From: an uncultured Fibrobacterota bacterium
Lineage (GTDB): Bacteria > Fibrobacterota > Chitinivibrionia > Chitinivibrionales > FEN-1185
NCBI GenBank assembly: GCA_963729895.1
Contig: CAVSQB010000010.1
Location: 40,599 to 104,598, forward strand
Length of the DNA: 64,000 nt
Direction of reading: 5' to 3'
Shown: piece after piece, positions 21,200-32,432 of the stretch
How positions within the stretch are numbered: the stretch's first letter is position 1
How the letters are laid out: each line of letters begins with the position of its first letter
Notes under the pieces: generated by a model
The model's input: the letters and a program-made list of their open reading frames with translations, nothing else
The model's database searches: none
What the model was told of the DNA's origin: nothing
Made by a program: the position numbers and the translations under genes

Positions 21200-21252
21200 T
21201 TCACCCTCCCCTTTTTGATTGAGATCAATAAAAACTCTGTGACGTAGATCCG

Positions 21253-22263
21253 CTACTTTACCGCCACCGTGCTCTGGGCAAGCAACCGGCTGCCGTTCCT
21301 GAGCACCGCAACGTACACTCCCTTGGAAACCCCGGCCAGCGTCATGACACCGGAAGTTCCTTTCACTTCCGATTGAGCAACCAATCGGCCCGCGAAGCTG
21401 TACAGCCCGAGCCAAGCTCGGCCGCCGGCATGCGTGCCGGTTATTGAGTATCTCAGGACATTGTCCCTGCCGCCTGCTATCGCGTCGGCATTGAGGCTCG
21501 AAAGGTTCATGGACGGCTTCCATTCAACCGCGCTCCCCTTGTCGTTGAAATAGCCGAATTCGATGACGTAATCCGGCCCTATGCCGTTTGAGTATGTGCA
21601 TTGGTCAAGGCTTGCCAGATCGTCATAGGCATAGCTGTAGGCCCACGGGCACGCGTCCTTGAACAGTTCGGAATACGAAGTTGGGTGACACGTTTGCGGG
21701 GTGCTGTACGCCCCGGTGCAGCAGAATGAGTCTGCGTGGAATTTCGCGCATGCGCTCAGGCATTGGACCACGTCGCCGTTGGTTCCTTTCACCTGCAACT
21801 CCGGAGGACAGCTCGGAAGAAGGTCTTTGGTGCACCCGACGGTGTCGCACATATAGGCGGTTGTCGTCGTGGCGAATGTTCCCGCTACCGGATACATACG
21901 CACCGGAAGATTGTATCCGTCAACAAGGCTCACGTCGTACCAGTCATCGTTGTTGTTGGAGCCCATAGTCCATTCCGCAAGCGACAGCGACCCCATGTTC
22001 GTTGTGCCGGGATACGTCCCCGAGCAACGGGCGGAAGCCCATCCGAAGGCGTGTTCGATGACAATGCTGTCGCCGGGATTCATCGTCTGGTTGGCGTACC
22101 CGGAGAGTTCCAAGGTAAACGCCTTGTCCAAATGATTCATGATGATTACATGCCGCACGGTTTGGCCTGCCGCATTTTTGTGCGGCCAGCCCGTGGCATC
22201 CTGAGGAAATCCTGTACCGCTGAGAACTGAGCACAAAACGAAACAGGCAAGAACTTCGCGCAT
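21253..22263 (-). CDS. Thaumatin-like protein with C-terminal sorting-type domain
   Basis: SLAEW, YDVSLVDGYNLP, CPPELQV, CLSAC, CCTG and FKDACPWAYSYAYDD motifs; start MREVLAC with AGGAGG. Confidence 0.9.
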   Translation of the reverse strand: MREVLACFVLCSVLSGTGFPQDATGWPHKNAAGQTVRHVIIMNHLDKAFTLELSGYANQTMNPGDSIVIEHAFGWASARCSGTYPGTTNMGSLSLAEWTMGSNNNDDWYDVSLVDGYNLPVRMYPVAGTFATTTTAYMCDTVGCTKDLLPSCPPELQVKGTNGDVVQCLSACAKFHADSFCCTGAYSTPQTCHPTSYSELFKDACPWAYSYAYDDLASLDQCTYSNGIGPDYVIEFGYFNDKGSAVEWKPSMNLSSLNADAIAGGRDNVLRYSITGTHAGGRAWLGLYSFAGRLVAQSEVKGTSGVMTLAGVSKGVYVAVLRNGSRLLAQSTVAVK

Positions 22264-22695
22264 CCGCCCCTCCTGAATAAGCCCCCCCTCATTGTGAAAC
22301 AATCAACCAAGGGCCTTTCATATGCCAAAAACAATCCCTCTTCCCCCGCGCAACCTCCTTTATCAAGAACTCCTAATTTCTTCTTGTAGTTTAATCGCTA
22401 AAGTGCCTGTCGAAATTATTGAGTAACCTCATTGCGCCGCAACAAATGTTCCCAATCCGGTATTACAACAACACGGCGGTTAAATCAAACCGTACATGCA
22501 ATAATTTACATTATTAATATCTAATTGCATTAAAAAAGTTTAACGAATTAAACTATTCGTATCCATATTGTATACGGGATTTTTGCCGGAATCCGGGCGC
22601 CGGTGCCTCGGATGGCAAGAATGAATCAACGGCGGTTCTGGTGCACGAAATCTTCCAAGAGGCGGATCGTCGGGAAGCGGACAACCGTGGACAGA

Positions 22696-23235
22696 TCATT
22701 TCACCATCTTCATCAGCGTCTCAACAAACGCTTTGGCGTCCTGCCTTGACCTTTCCGGCTTGTCGTACCCGGTAAGGACCAATTCGAAATAGAAACTTTC
22801 GCTGCTCGCGTAGGCCACGCATCCGCCGATGACTTCGTCGGAGAAACCGTCGGCCTTCCTTGCACCCGGCAGCGGTTTGGGGTCTGAGGCGGCCTTTCGC
22901 TTCTCTTTCAGCATGGATTGCGCCCGCGCCCGGGTGCCGAAATCATCTATGTAAATCTTTGCCGACCTGTTGTCAGCAGCGGCTAATTCGAACACAATGC
23001 CGCCTACAAGCCCAGGTTTTTCGTACTCCACCGCACCGCCGTCGATGAGCTCGTACAGTTCTTTTGTGCCAAAGGAGTGGAACCCGTCTTTTTGCTCGGT
23101 CCATCCGGCAACGCCGGCCGCGGCCGTTCGGAACGCGGCAAGTTTCACGGAATCAGGACGGGCGGCAAACGATCCGATGACGCATAGAAGAATGATTCCG
23201 GCGGTCGCCGCAGCGGTTCTCGCGCAAAACGTCAT
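22696..23235 (-). CDS. Secreted protein, DUF6599-like
   Basis: Signal peptide; LYELIDGGAVEY motif. Confidence 0.65.
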   Translation of the reverse strand: MTFCARTAAATAGIILLCVIGSFAARPDSVKLAAFRTAAAGVAGWTEQKDGFHSFGTKELYELIDGGAVEYEKPGLVGGIVFELAAADNRSAKIYIDDFGTRARAQSMLKEKRKAASDPKPLPGARKADGFSDEVIGGCVAYASSESFYFELVLTGYDKPERSRQDAKAFVETLMKMVK

Positions 23236-23252
23236 TGTCCCTCCACATACGG

Positions 23253-24314
23253 TCAGGCGACCGGGTCAATGTTTACCAGGTCGAGGTTCTCGAAATTGAC
23301 ATACCCGAATTCCGACATGATCCGGTTGAGCGCGGGCGGATGCGAGCATCCCATGAGCGGCTCCCGCACCCGGCGTGCAACAAGGTAATCCACCGCGGGC
23401 GAAAAAGTGCCCATGGACAGCACGCACGGCCGCTTGTTCGGAACGCCGAAAGGCCCCTTTGTGTTGGCCCAGATTGAATCGACGATGCACAACTGCTGCC
23501 GAACCGGCGAGCCGCCGAGAAGCGCGTCCGACTTGCTGAACGCAATGATATAATCGAGACCGCCTCCCAGGTGAATGGGCAGGGCCTCGAACGTTCCGGC
23601 GTGATTCTTCATTGTCAAAGTCGTGCCGGCATACGGAGTACCCTTGTTAACCGCGATGTTCACCAGGATGTCGATTGTTCCGTTCGCAATCGCCGCCGTG
23701 CATTTGAATGTCCCCTTGTGCGGAGCCGGCACGGGTGCGGCCGCCATGCCTCCCAGCAGATCGTTCTTGTTGCTTACCGCAACCCCTGCCAGGATTCCGT
23801 TTCCGGCAAAGGGCCCGTACAGGGGCCTGGCGTTGCCGTTCCCGTCGTAGAGAATGATGGCGGCCGGCGGCACGCCCAAACTCACCAGTGCGCGGCACAC
23901 CGCATCCACCACCGCGACACGCGGGTGATTGTCGCCAAGACAATTGAGTTTGATGGCGACCTTCACCTCCTGCCATTCTTTTGACGCGGGCTTGCGGAAG
24001 ACGGCGCCCCATGCCTCATGCGGGGTTGCTTTCTGGGAAAGTCCGATGGCAAGCGCGTCCATGGTACGGATGATCCTTTCCGTAGCCACCGGCGCGTTCT
24101 GCGATGCCATGTCCCATTTTCGCGGGTCGCCCAGGATCAGGTTCGGGTCACGGCAGCTTACCACACGCAGGTTGTCGATATTCGGATTGATCTGCTTTCT
24201 ATCAATCCAACCGCCCTTGTTCTCCTCGGTGAACGCAGGAAACAAGCCGGCAGCCGCGAGGCCGGCGGCGGAAGCCATGAACGAACGCCGGGAAACAAGG
24301 TTCTTTCTTCTCAC
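23253..24314 (-). CDS. DUF362-like protein with Tat-type signal
   Basis: SRRSFM twin-Arg; VAIKLNCL, TLTMKNHAG motifs; GTG start behind AAGGAG. Confidence 0.7.
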   Translation of the reverse strand: MRRKNLVSRRSFMASAAGLAAAGLFPAFTEENKGGWIDRKQINPNIDNLRVVSCRDPNLILGDPRKWDMASQNAPVATERIIRTMDALAIGLSQKATPHEAWGAVFRKPASKEWQEVKVAIKLNCLGDNHPRVAVVDAVCRALVSLGVPPAAIILYDGNGNARPLYGPFAGNGILAGVAVSNKNDLLGGMAAAPVPAPHKGTFKCTAAIANGTIDILVNIAVNKGTPYAGTTLTMKNHAGTFEALPIHLGGGLDYIIAFSKSDALLGGSPVRQQLCIVDSIWANTKGPFGVPNKRPCVLSMGTFSPAVDYLVARRVREPLMGCSHPPALNRIMSEFGYVNFENLDLVNIDPVA

Positions 24315-24448
24315 CACAGAACTCCTTAACCTGGAAGACGAAGAGAAACGGTTTACGGCGACCCGCGGAAAATACGTCCGCCGGGCCCGGCGAATTGCCG
24401 AAAAGTTGCGCAAGGTCCCCGAGGGAAGGAAAGGCCGGTGTGCGCTGG

Positions 24449-25696
24449 TCAGGATGTCGAGGAACGGTTTTCGGTTGCCGCGTCAAACAAAGACATTTGT
24501 TGGACTTCCGGCTTTTTTGCGGCCGGTTTGGCGGGCCCGAACACGGTCATCCCGCCGTATTCGTGCGAATGGTCGCGTTCGTGGCGGATCACCCTGTCGA
24601 CGTCTGCAAACGGATCGTGACGCTGTTCGATGAGCCGTGCCATGCGGCCGAGCACTTCAATGCTCCGCAGTTTGTCGCTCCGGCCGATTCTTGCCTTGTC
24701 AACCGCCGCACGCAGGACCGAGATACTCTCATCGTATACCGCAAGCGGTACGGGGAACGGATGGCCGTCCTTGCCTCCGTGCGCAAACGCGAAGCGTGCG
24801 GGATCGGAAAACCGGCTGGGCGCGCCGTAGATCACCTCGCTGACAAGCGCGAGCGACTGGACGGTCCGCGGCCCCACGCCCGGCAGCAGCAGAGCGTCAA
24901 CGAAGGTACGGTATTGCTTTTCGTACGCGAGCGTGAGCACCGCGCCGAGCCGCCTGGAATCCACGTGCCGCGGCCGGACCGCATGATCGCGGTCGAGAAT
25001 GAGGCGGCGGATTTCCCGCAACTGGCTGTCCGGATTCGTGGACAGAAACTCCACGATCCCGCGCCTGTTTTTGTCCGAGCGCGAATCACTCAAGTTCATT
25101 ATTTCGCCCAGATTTCGGCCCACAATCGCGGCATGAGGATCGTCCACGAAGGACGTGACGGTTGCCGAATGCCAATGATACCGCCGCGCCATTCGCGACG
25201 CCGTATTCATCCCCTGCTGGATCACGGCCCACTCGCCCGATCCGGAAACCACAAACGAGTGCAGATACAGGCTGAACCCGTCGAGCACGCACGTGTTGTC
25301 GACTTTGGCGGAAAGTTTTGACGCGCGCACGAGCGCATTGCCGTCCAGGCCCGTGCGGTCGGAAAAATCCAGAAGTTCCCGCGGGGTCGCCAGCGAATGT
25401 TTTCCCCTGCCGCCGCAGATGTAAAGCCCCACCTCGCCGAAAATCGGGTTGACCGCGGCCTTGAGCGCGCCCATCACCGTGGTGGTGATTCCCGAGGAAT
25501 GCCAATCCATACCCATGACGCACCCGAGCGCCTGGAACCAGAACGGATCGGAAAGCCTGGCCAGCACCTGCGACGGCCCGTGTTCAATCACAAGCGCGCG
25601 TACGATCTCGCGGCCGATGGCGACCATGCGGGAGTGCAGCCACCCGGGTACGCGGCCGCCGTGCAGCGGAAGGTCTGCAGTGCCGGATCGTTTCAT
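24449..25696 (-). CDS. DUF763 family protein
   Basis: ADLPLHGG, DPFWFQALGCVMGMDWHSSGITT and AHGGKDGHP motifs. Confidence 0.9.
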   Translation of the reverse strand: MKRSGTADLPLHGGRVPGWLHSRMVAIGREIVRALVIEHGPSQVLARLSDPFWFQALGCVMGMDWHSSGITTTVMGALKAAVNPIFGEVGLYICGGRGKHSLATPRELLDFSDRTGLDGNALVRASKLSAKVDNTCVLDGFSLYLHSFVVSGSGEWAVIQQGMNTASRMARRYHWHSATVTSFVDDPHAAIVGRNLGEIMNLSDSRSDKNRRGIVEFLSTNPDSQLREIRRLILDRDHAVRPRHVDSRRLGAVLTLAYEKQYRTFVDALLLPGVGPRTVQSLALVSEVIYGAPSRFSDPARFAFAHGGKDGHPFPVPLAVYDESISVLRAAVDKARIGRSDKLRSIEVLGRMARLIEQRHDPFADVDRVIRHERDHSHEYGGMTVFGPAKPAAKKPEVQQMSLFDAATENRSSTS

Positions 25697-26161
25697 ACTG
25701 AGTTCCAAGGTGCGCTCACCGCAAAGGCGCAAAGATCGCACAGAATGCGCGAAGAGGAAATGTGATGGAAATATACTTGCGATTGCAGGGTTTGATGCTG
25801 TTTTCTCCGCGCCTCGGCATTACCCAATGTATATTAGGGAACCTTTGTCGGCCGGTTGCCGCAGTCGCTCGCCATTTTCCAGGGTACCTCGATAAGCTTT
25901 TGGCTGATTCGCAATCCCTCGATAGTTCGGGTGTCGCCGTAATCCAGTGCTTCAAAGAAAACGGTTCTTGTGGTTCAGAAGTGCACGATATATTAAGGAC
26001 CTTTGAGAATTCCATTTTTATCTCTCTGTTTCCTACTGGCGTGAACAACTGAAACCGATCGCTATGCGTTTCAATTTCCAAAACATCTCTTCAAGGGACC
26101 CGTTATTTCCAACCCCCCCGTTACATCACAGCTATCAGTCAGAACCGGTGAATCACCGTCA

Positions 26162-27937
<1,776 letters not shown>

Positions 27938-28034
27938 CCTGACGCCTTGTATCGGCGGCGGGTGATCAAGTATTTTTGTCACGTTCCTGTGACCGAACCG
28001 TGGCTTGACATTCTCAACTCTTCCGGAAGCCCCG

Positions 28035-28805
28035 ATGTTCACCGTTGGCAATCTGCAATCCGGGCGCCGCGTGCGCGCCGAGCAAGACAAAGTGCTCTCG
28101 TACATGAACGAGCACGATTGTTTTGTTCCCGACCGCAACTGGATTTTGTCTCTTCTGCTGCCGGACGCCGGCGCTTCGGTCCTCGACATCGGCCCGAACG
28201 TGTACCTGTTCCGGCATCTGGTGGGCCCGGAAAAGCGTGGCAAGTATTCCTATAAGGCAATGGATCTGGAGCGGCGGTACGGCGACGAGGATGTCTGCCA
28301 GGTTGTTCACGATGCAAACACGGCGCCCTATCCGTTTCCCGACGCCTCATTCGACATCATCATAGCCTCGGACGTCATCGAGCACCTGCGGGAAACCGAC
28401 GTCTTCCTCGCGGAAGTCGTCCGGTTGCTCAAACCGGACGGCGAGTTCTTTCTCTCGACCCCGAACTACGCGAGCCTGTTCTGCATCGCAAAGACGCTTC
28501 GCGGCGCCATGTTTCACGATCCGCTGGGACGCGAACTCGACAGGTACTGCTTTAAGGAGCATGTCCACTTCTTTACACACCGGGGAATCGTCCCGTACCT
28601 CCGGCACGCCGGTTTGCACACCAGGCACATCATAACCAGCGGCCTCAAAACGGACATAGACTTTGCGCGCCGGCACGGCCGATGGGGGCGCGTCTTGACT
28701 TATGCGTTCAACACGGTTTCGGGGCTCAGCTACCGGTTCTCACCGGAAATACTGCTGGTAGCCTCGAAATCTCCGGGAAATTGCGACATTCTGGCAGTGC
28801 GGTAG
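28035..28805 (+). CDS. Class I SAM-dependent methyltransferase
   Basis: VLDIG, PFPDASFDII, DVIEH and RLLKPDG...STPN motifs. Confidence 0.82.
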   Translation: MFTVGNLQSGRRVRAEQDKVLSYMNEHDCFVPDRNWILSLLLPDAGASVLDIGPNVYLFRHLVGPEKRGKYSYKAMDLERRYGDEDVCQVVHDANTAPYPFPDASFDIIIASDVIEHLRETDVFLAEVVRLLKPDGEFFLSTPNYASLFCIAKTLRGAMFHDPLGRELDRYCFKEHVHFFTHRGIVPYLRHAGLHTRHIITSGLKTDIDFARRHGRWGRVLTYAFNTVSGLSYRFSPEILLVASKSPGNCDILAVR

Positions 28806-28831
28806 CCGCCGCAGGGGAAACACGGGCGCGC

Positions 28832-29146
28832 ATGTGGACATTTGCGATTAAGAAAGCCGATCTCCGCCGGAACGGGTTCGTCCGCGCCTATCCGAAGGGC
28901 GTCGCGGTGCTGGTGGTGGAGAACGGCGACGGCGTGCATGCCGTGTCGTCCAACTGCCCCCACATGGGTTGTTCGCTGGGGGGCGCGTTGATCGAGGGAA
29001 CCGTTGTCCGGTGCCCGTGCCACGGGTGGCGGTTCGACACAACGACAGGCAGGTTCATTGACGCCCCGGAAATTTCACTCGACACCTATCCGGTAAAGAT
29101 CGAAAACGGAAACATACTCATAAACCTCGGCAAGGAAGCAGTATGA
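28832..29146 (+). CDS. Rieske [2Fe-2S] ferredoxin
   Basis: CPH...CPCHGWRFD. Confidence 0.9.
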   Translation: MWTFAIKKADLRRNGFVRAYPKGVAVLVVENGDGVHAVSSNCPHMGCSLGGALIEGTVVRCPCHGWRFDTTTGRFIDAPEISLDTYPVKIENGNILINLGKEAV

Positions 29147-29391
29147 AGAAAGTCACGCTGTACGCGCTCAGCACCTGTCCCTGGTGCAAAAAGGCAAAAC
29201 AGTACCTCGCAAAACAGAAGATTCCCTTTCGCTATGTGGAATACGATCTCGCTTCCGAAGACGAACAGGAGGAAATAATGGATTTGATCGGCGAATGCGG
29301 CGGCACCGGAGAATTCCCGTTTGTCCTCATCGGCCGCCAGGGAGTCAACGGGTACGATCCCGACGAATACGCACGGCTGCTCGGTAAATAG
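29143..29391 (+). CDS. Glutaredoxin/NrdH-like redoxin
   Basis: CPWC active site and cis-Pro motif FP. Confidence 0.9.
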   Translation: MKKVTLYALSTCPWCKKAKQYLAKQKIPFRYVEYDLASEDEQEEIMDLIGECGGTGEFPFVLIGRQGVNGYDPDEYARLLGK

Positions 29392-29394
29392 CCC

Positions 29395-29739
29395 ATGGAC
29401 GCGCGAGAGAGAAAGCAAGACCTGAGGTTCCTTTTCGGTCCCCTCGTGGATGCGCTCGGGTACAAATTCAGCCCCGACGGCGATCTGGTGGAGTTCCTGC
29501 TCGAACAGGAAGTGAAGCTTGAGGAAAAACACGGCGTTCCGTTCTGTCCGTGCCAGGCGCTCACCAGGGACCGAGAACGCAACATGACCATCGTATGTCC
29601 CTGCATACCCTTTCACCGGAAACACTACGATGCCATGAAACGGTGCTGGTGCGGGCTCTATGTTCACAAGGACGTGACCGACCCGGACGCGCTCAAACAA
29701 ATTCCGGCTTCGGCGGTAAAAGAAGAAGTTGAAAGTTGA
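29395..29739 (+). CDS. Ferredoxin-thioredoxin reductase catalytic-subunit homologue
   Basis: CPC...CPC...H...CWCGLY, the FTR beta-chain Cys pattern. Confidence 0.88.
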   Translation: MDARERKQDLRFLFGPLVDALGYKFSPDGDLVEFLLEQEVKLEEKHGVPFCPCQALTRDRERNMTIVCPCIPFHRKHYDAMKRCWCGLYVHKDVTDPDALKQIPASAVKEEVES

Positions 29740-29853
29740 CAGTTAACAGTTGACGGAAACTCACTGACGTCTTGAAAGCAAGCCGTCAATCACATGAATC
29801 TGGAATCTGAAATCAAGAATCTACACCCACTTGTCACCCCAGACAAAAAACCT

Positions 29854-30237
29854 ATGAGAAAGAGAATCGCATCAATCACCGATGTCGCCCCCGGCGGAAT
29901 CAAATCCTTTGAACTGGACGGACGAGAGATCATTCTATGCAACGACAACGGGGCGTTCTACGCGCTTGAACGGCGGTGCGGGCACATGAATGCGCCCTGT
30001 GAAATGGGCACGCTTCGGGGCTACATTCTCACCTGCCCGATGCATTTCGCGCAATTCGACATCCGCACGGGGAAAACCCTCAAGAAGCCGTTTATGAAAT
30101 CGGAACCCGAAGGCCTGCCGGAAAAGTTCAGGAATTTCTTTGAGCACAAGGAAGAGATGGTTGCGAAGATCAACACCTGCGATTTGAAGACGTTCAAGGT
30201 GTCGATTGACGGTGAAGACATCAGCCTCGACCTGTAA
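29854..30237 (+). CDS. Rieske [2Fe-2S] ferredoxin
   Basis: CGH...CPMHFAQFD. Confidence 0.88.
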   Translation: MRKRIASITDVAPGGIKSFELDGREIILCNDNGAFYALERRCGHMNAPCEMGTLRGYILTCPMHFAQFDIRTGKTLKKPFMKSEPEGLPEKFRNFFEHKEEMVAKINTCDLKTFKVSIDGEDISLDL

Positions 30238-30262
30238 CGTTCCCTCCACTTTGTTACTTGGA

Positions 30263-30295
30263 TTGGAAGACCCCGCAGCAAGCGGCGGAGACCGC
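30263..30295. repeat. REP-like palindrome
   Basis: TTGGAAGACCCCGCAGCAAGCGGCGGAGACCGC between convergent genes. Confidence 0.5.
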
Positions 30296-30313
30296 AAAAA
30301 GGGCCGTGGCCGG

Positions 30314-31111
30314 CTAGAAGCTGTCCTTTCTCCTTCTCAGTTCCGCAAAGACCTCGATGCCGCTCGCCGATTCCATCCCGAGCTTTTTCCGCAGGCCGGG
30401 GCTGCCGGTCCTGAGAAACGGATTGGTCGCGCGTTCAACCGCGATGGTCGAGGGTACCGTGGGCATGCCGCGGCGCTGCATATACTTGACATCGGCGAGT
30501 CTCTGCCACACCTCTTTGTTTTCCGGCTCCACCGTTGTCGCGAACAGGAGGTTCTCTTCGGTGTATTCGTGGCCGCAGTAGACCGACGTGTTGTCGTCCA
30601 CGCACACACAGCGGATAAGGGACAGCAGCATTTCGGCCGGCGTTCCCTCGAGCATCCGTCCGCACCCCGCGCAGAACAGGGTGTCGCCGGTGAACATGGC
30701 GCGCAAGCTGGGGAAATGATACACCACGTGGGTCGCCGTGTGCCCCGGCGTGCCGATCACTTCGAGCCGCTCCGATAGGACGGAACGCTCGTCACCGTCG
30801 TGCACGGCATCATTGACGTACGGGATGCGGGTGTCGTCGGGACCGAGTACGGCGCACTGGTGGGCGTTCTTGAGTTCTTCGGCGCCCGCGCAGTGGTCGG
30901 CATGATGGTGGGTAATAAGAACGTGCGTCAGCGTGAGACCAGCACGATTGACAAATCGCGTCACGGGTTCCGCGTCTCCGGGATCCACAACGGCGGCGAA
31001 TTTCCCGTTGTGCAATATCCACGCGTAGTTGTTCGATAGCACCGGCACGAGAACAATGGCGATTTCCGTGGCACCCTCCCTTCCGTACCGGCCCGCATCG
31101 ATTTGGCCCAT
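30314..31111 (-). CDS. gloB: Hydroxyacylglutathione hydrolase (glyoxalase II)
   Basis: THHHADH, TPGHT, FTGDTLF.AGCGR, CGHEYT and TNPFLR motifs. Confidence 0.93.
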   Translation of the reverse strand: MGQIDAGRYGREGATEIAIVLVPVLSNNYAWILHNGKFAAVVDPGDAEPVTRFVNRAGLTLTHVLITHHHADHCAGAEELKNAHQCAVLGPDDTRIPYVNDAVHDGDERSVLSERLEVIGTPGHTATHVVYHFPSLRAMFTGDTLFCAGCGRMLEGTPAEMLLSLIRCVCVDDNTSVYCGHEYTEENLLFATTVEPENKEVWQRLADVKYMQRRGMPTVPSTIAVERATNPFLRTGSPGLRKKLGMESASGIEVFAELRRRKDSF

Positions 31112-31217
31112 GGAAAAATAGGGCTTTCTATGCCAAAAAAGCAAACATTAGAGTATTTTTCTTTTTTAAAAACCCGTGCCGCGGACCTTGTTGCATTCCA
31201 CGAGGGATTCTCTCACC

Positions 31218-32396
31218 GTGCGCTATTCGAGCATCGACATTTTTTGCCGCGTCATAGACAATTTCGGCGACGCCGGGGTCGTGTACCGGTTTGCAAAGGA
31301 ATTTCTACTCGCCCGCCCCGCCTGCCGCCTGCGTGTCTTCTGCGACGGCCTGAATCTGTTTTCCCTCCTGCGCCCCGGGATCGACGCGGACAAAACCGTC
31401 CAGGAGTGCGGTGGAATCCTTTTTGTGAATTTTAGCCGTCTCGACCGGACGGGATGGCTGGAGCTCGGCCCGGCCGACGTGGTGGTGGAGGCGTTCGGCT
31501 GCGACATCCCCGCCGCGTACCGGACCGGCATTCTTTTCCGGCCGGGTGCCTGGATAAACCTTGAGTACCTTTCGGCCGAGCCATGGGTTGACGGATACCA
31601 CAAACGGCAATCTCTCACGGGGACCGGCGGGGTCAAAAAGTATTTCTTTATGCCGGGATTTACGGCGGAGTCGGGCGGGGTGATCATCGATTCCGCGGTT
31701 GAACATGCGAAAGCAGATCTCGCTTCGCACCGTCTGCTTCACCTCAACGCGCTTCTGGGACAATTCGGGGTGCATCTTGACAACACGCGCCAAACGCTCG
31801 TATGCACCCTGTTCACCTATACGCGGGGGTTCGATACGTTCTTGGCGGACATCCGGTGCGCGTGCGAAGAAGCGTTTCTTCTTGTGTGCGGTGAAAAGAG
31901 CAGGGAGGGGATGCTCGCGTCGCTTGCGCGCACCGCGAGCCGCGCCGTCGGCGAGAATCACTATGCGGCGGGCAGCGCGCACGTCCTGTTCATGCCGTTC
32001 TTGCCCCAAAACAGGTTCGACGAACTTCTGTGTCTCGCCGATTTCAATATTGTCCGGGGCGAGGATTCGCTGGTGCGGGCCATCCTTGCGGAAAAGCCCT
32101 TCATCTGGAACGCCTACCTCCAGGACGAGAAATACCACAAGGTAAAAGTGGCGGCATTCTGCGACGAGTTTGGAAAATACTTTGAGGACGAAACCGTATT
32201 TCGGGAGCTGCGGGACCTGTTCATGAGGTTCAACGATGCAGGAAAAGAAGAATCCAGGCAGGCGACATCGGAACGGTTCGGGCCGTTCTTCCGGGATTTG
32301 AAGAAAATCGAGCGTGCAACAAGGGAAATGAGTTATTTTATCACCCGCAATTGCAGCCTGATGGAAAAGTTCACGGATTTTTTGTCCGGAATCTGA
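31218..32396 (+). CDS. earP: EF-P arginine rhamnosyltransferase
   Basis: DIFCRVIDNFGDAGV, WINLEYLSAEPWV, FFMPGFT and NIVRGEDS motifs; directly upstream of efp. Confidence 0.93.
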   Translation: MRYSSIDIFCRVIDNFGDAGVVYRFAKEFLLARPACRLRVFCDGLNLFSLLRPGIDADKTVQECGGILFVNFSRLDRTGWLELGPADVVVEAFGCDIPAAYRTGILFRPGAWINLEYLSAEPWVDGYHKRQSLTGTGGVKKYFFMPGFTAESGGVIIDSAVEHAKADLASHRLLHLNALLGQFGVHLDNTRQTLVCTLFTYTRGFDTFLADIRCACEEAFLLVCGEKSREGMLASLARTASRAVGENHYAAGSAHVLFMPFLPQNRFDELLCLADFNIVRGEDSLVRAILAEKPFIWNAYLQDEKYHKVKVAAFCDEFGKYFEDETVFRELRDLFMRFNDAGKEESRQATSERFGPFFRDLKKIERATREMSYFITRNCSLMEKFTDFLSGI

Positions 32397-32432
32397 TCAC
32401 ACAATTCTGCTATGCAAACGGAGGACGGTACG

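Noticed and set aside
25716..26081. 121-aa minus-strand ORF as a real gene
   Set aside because: No recognisable motif, and it overlaps an equally weak plus-strand ORF.
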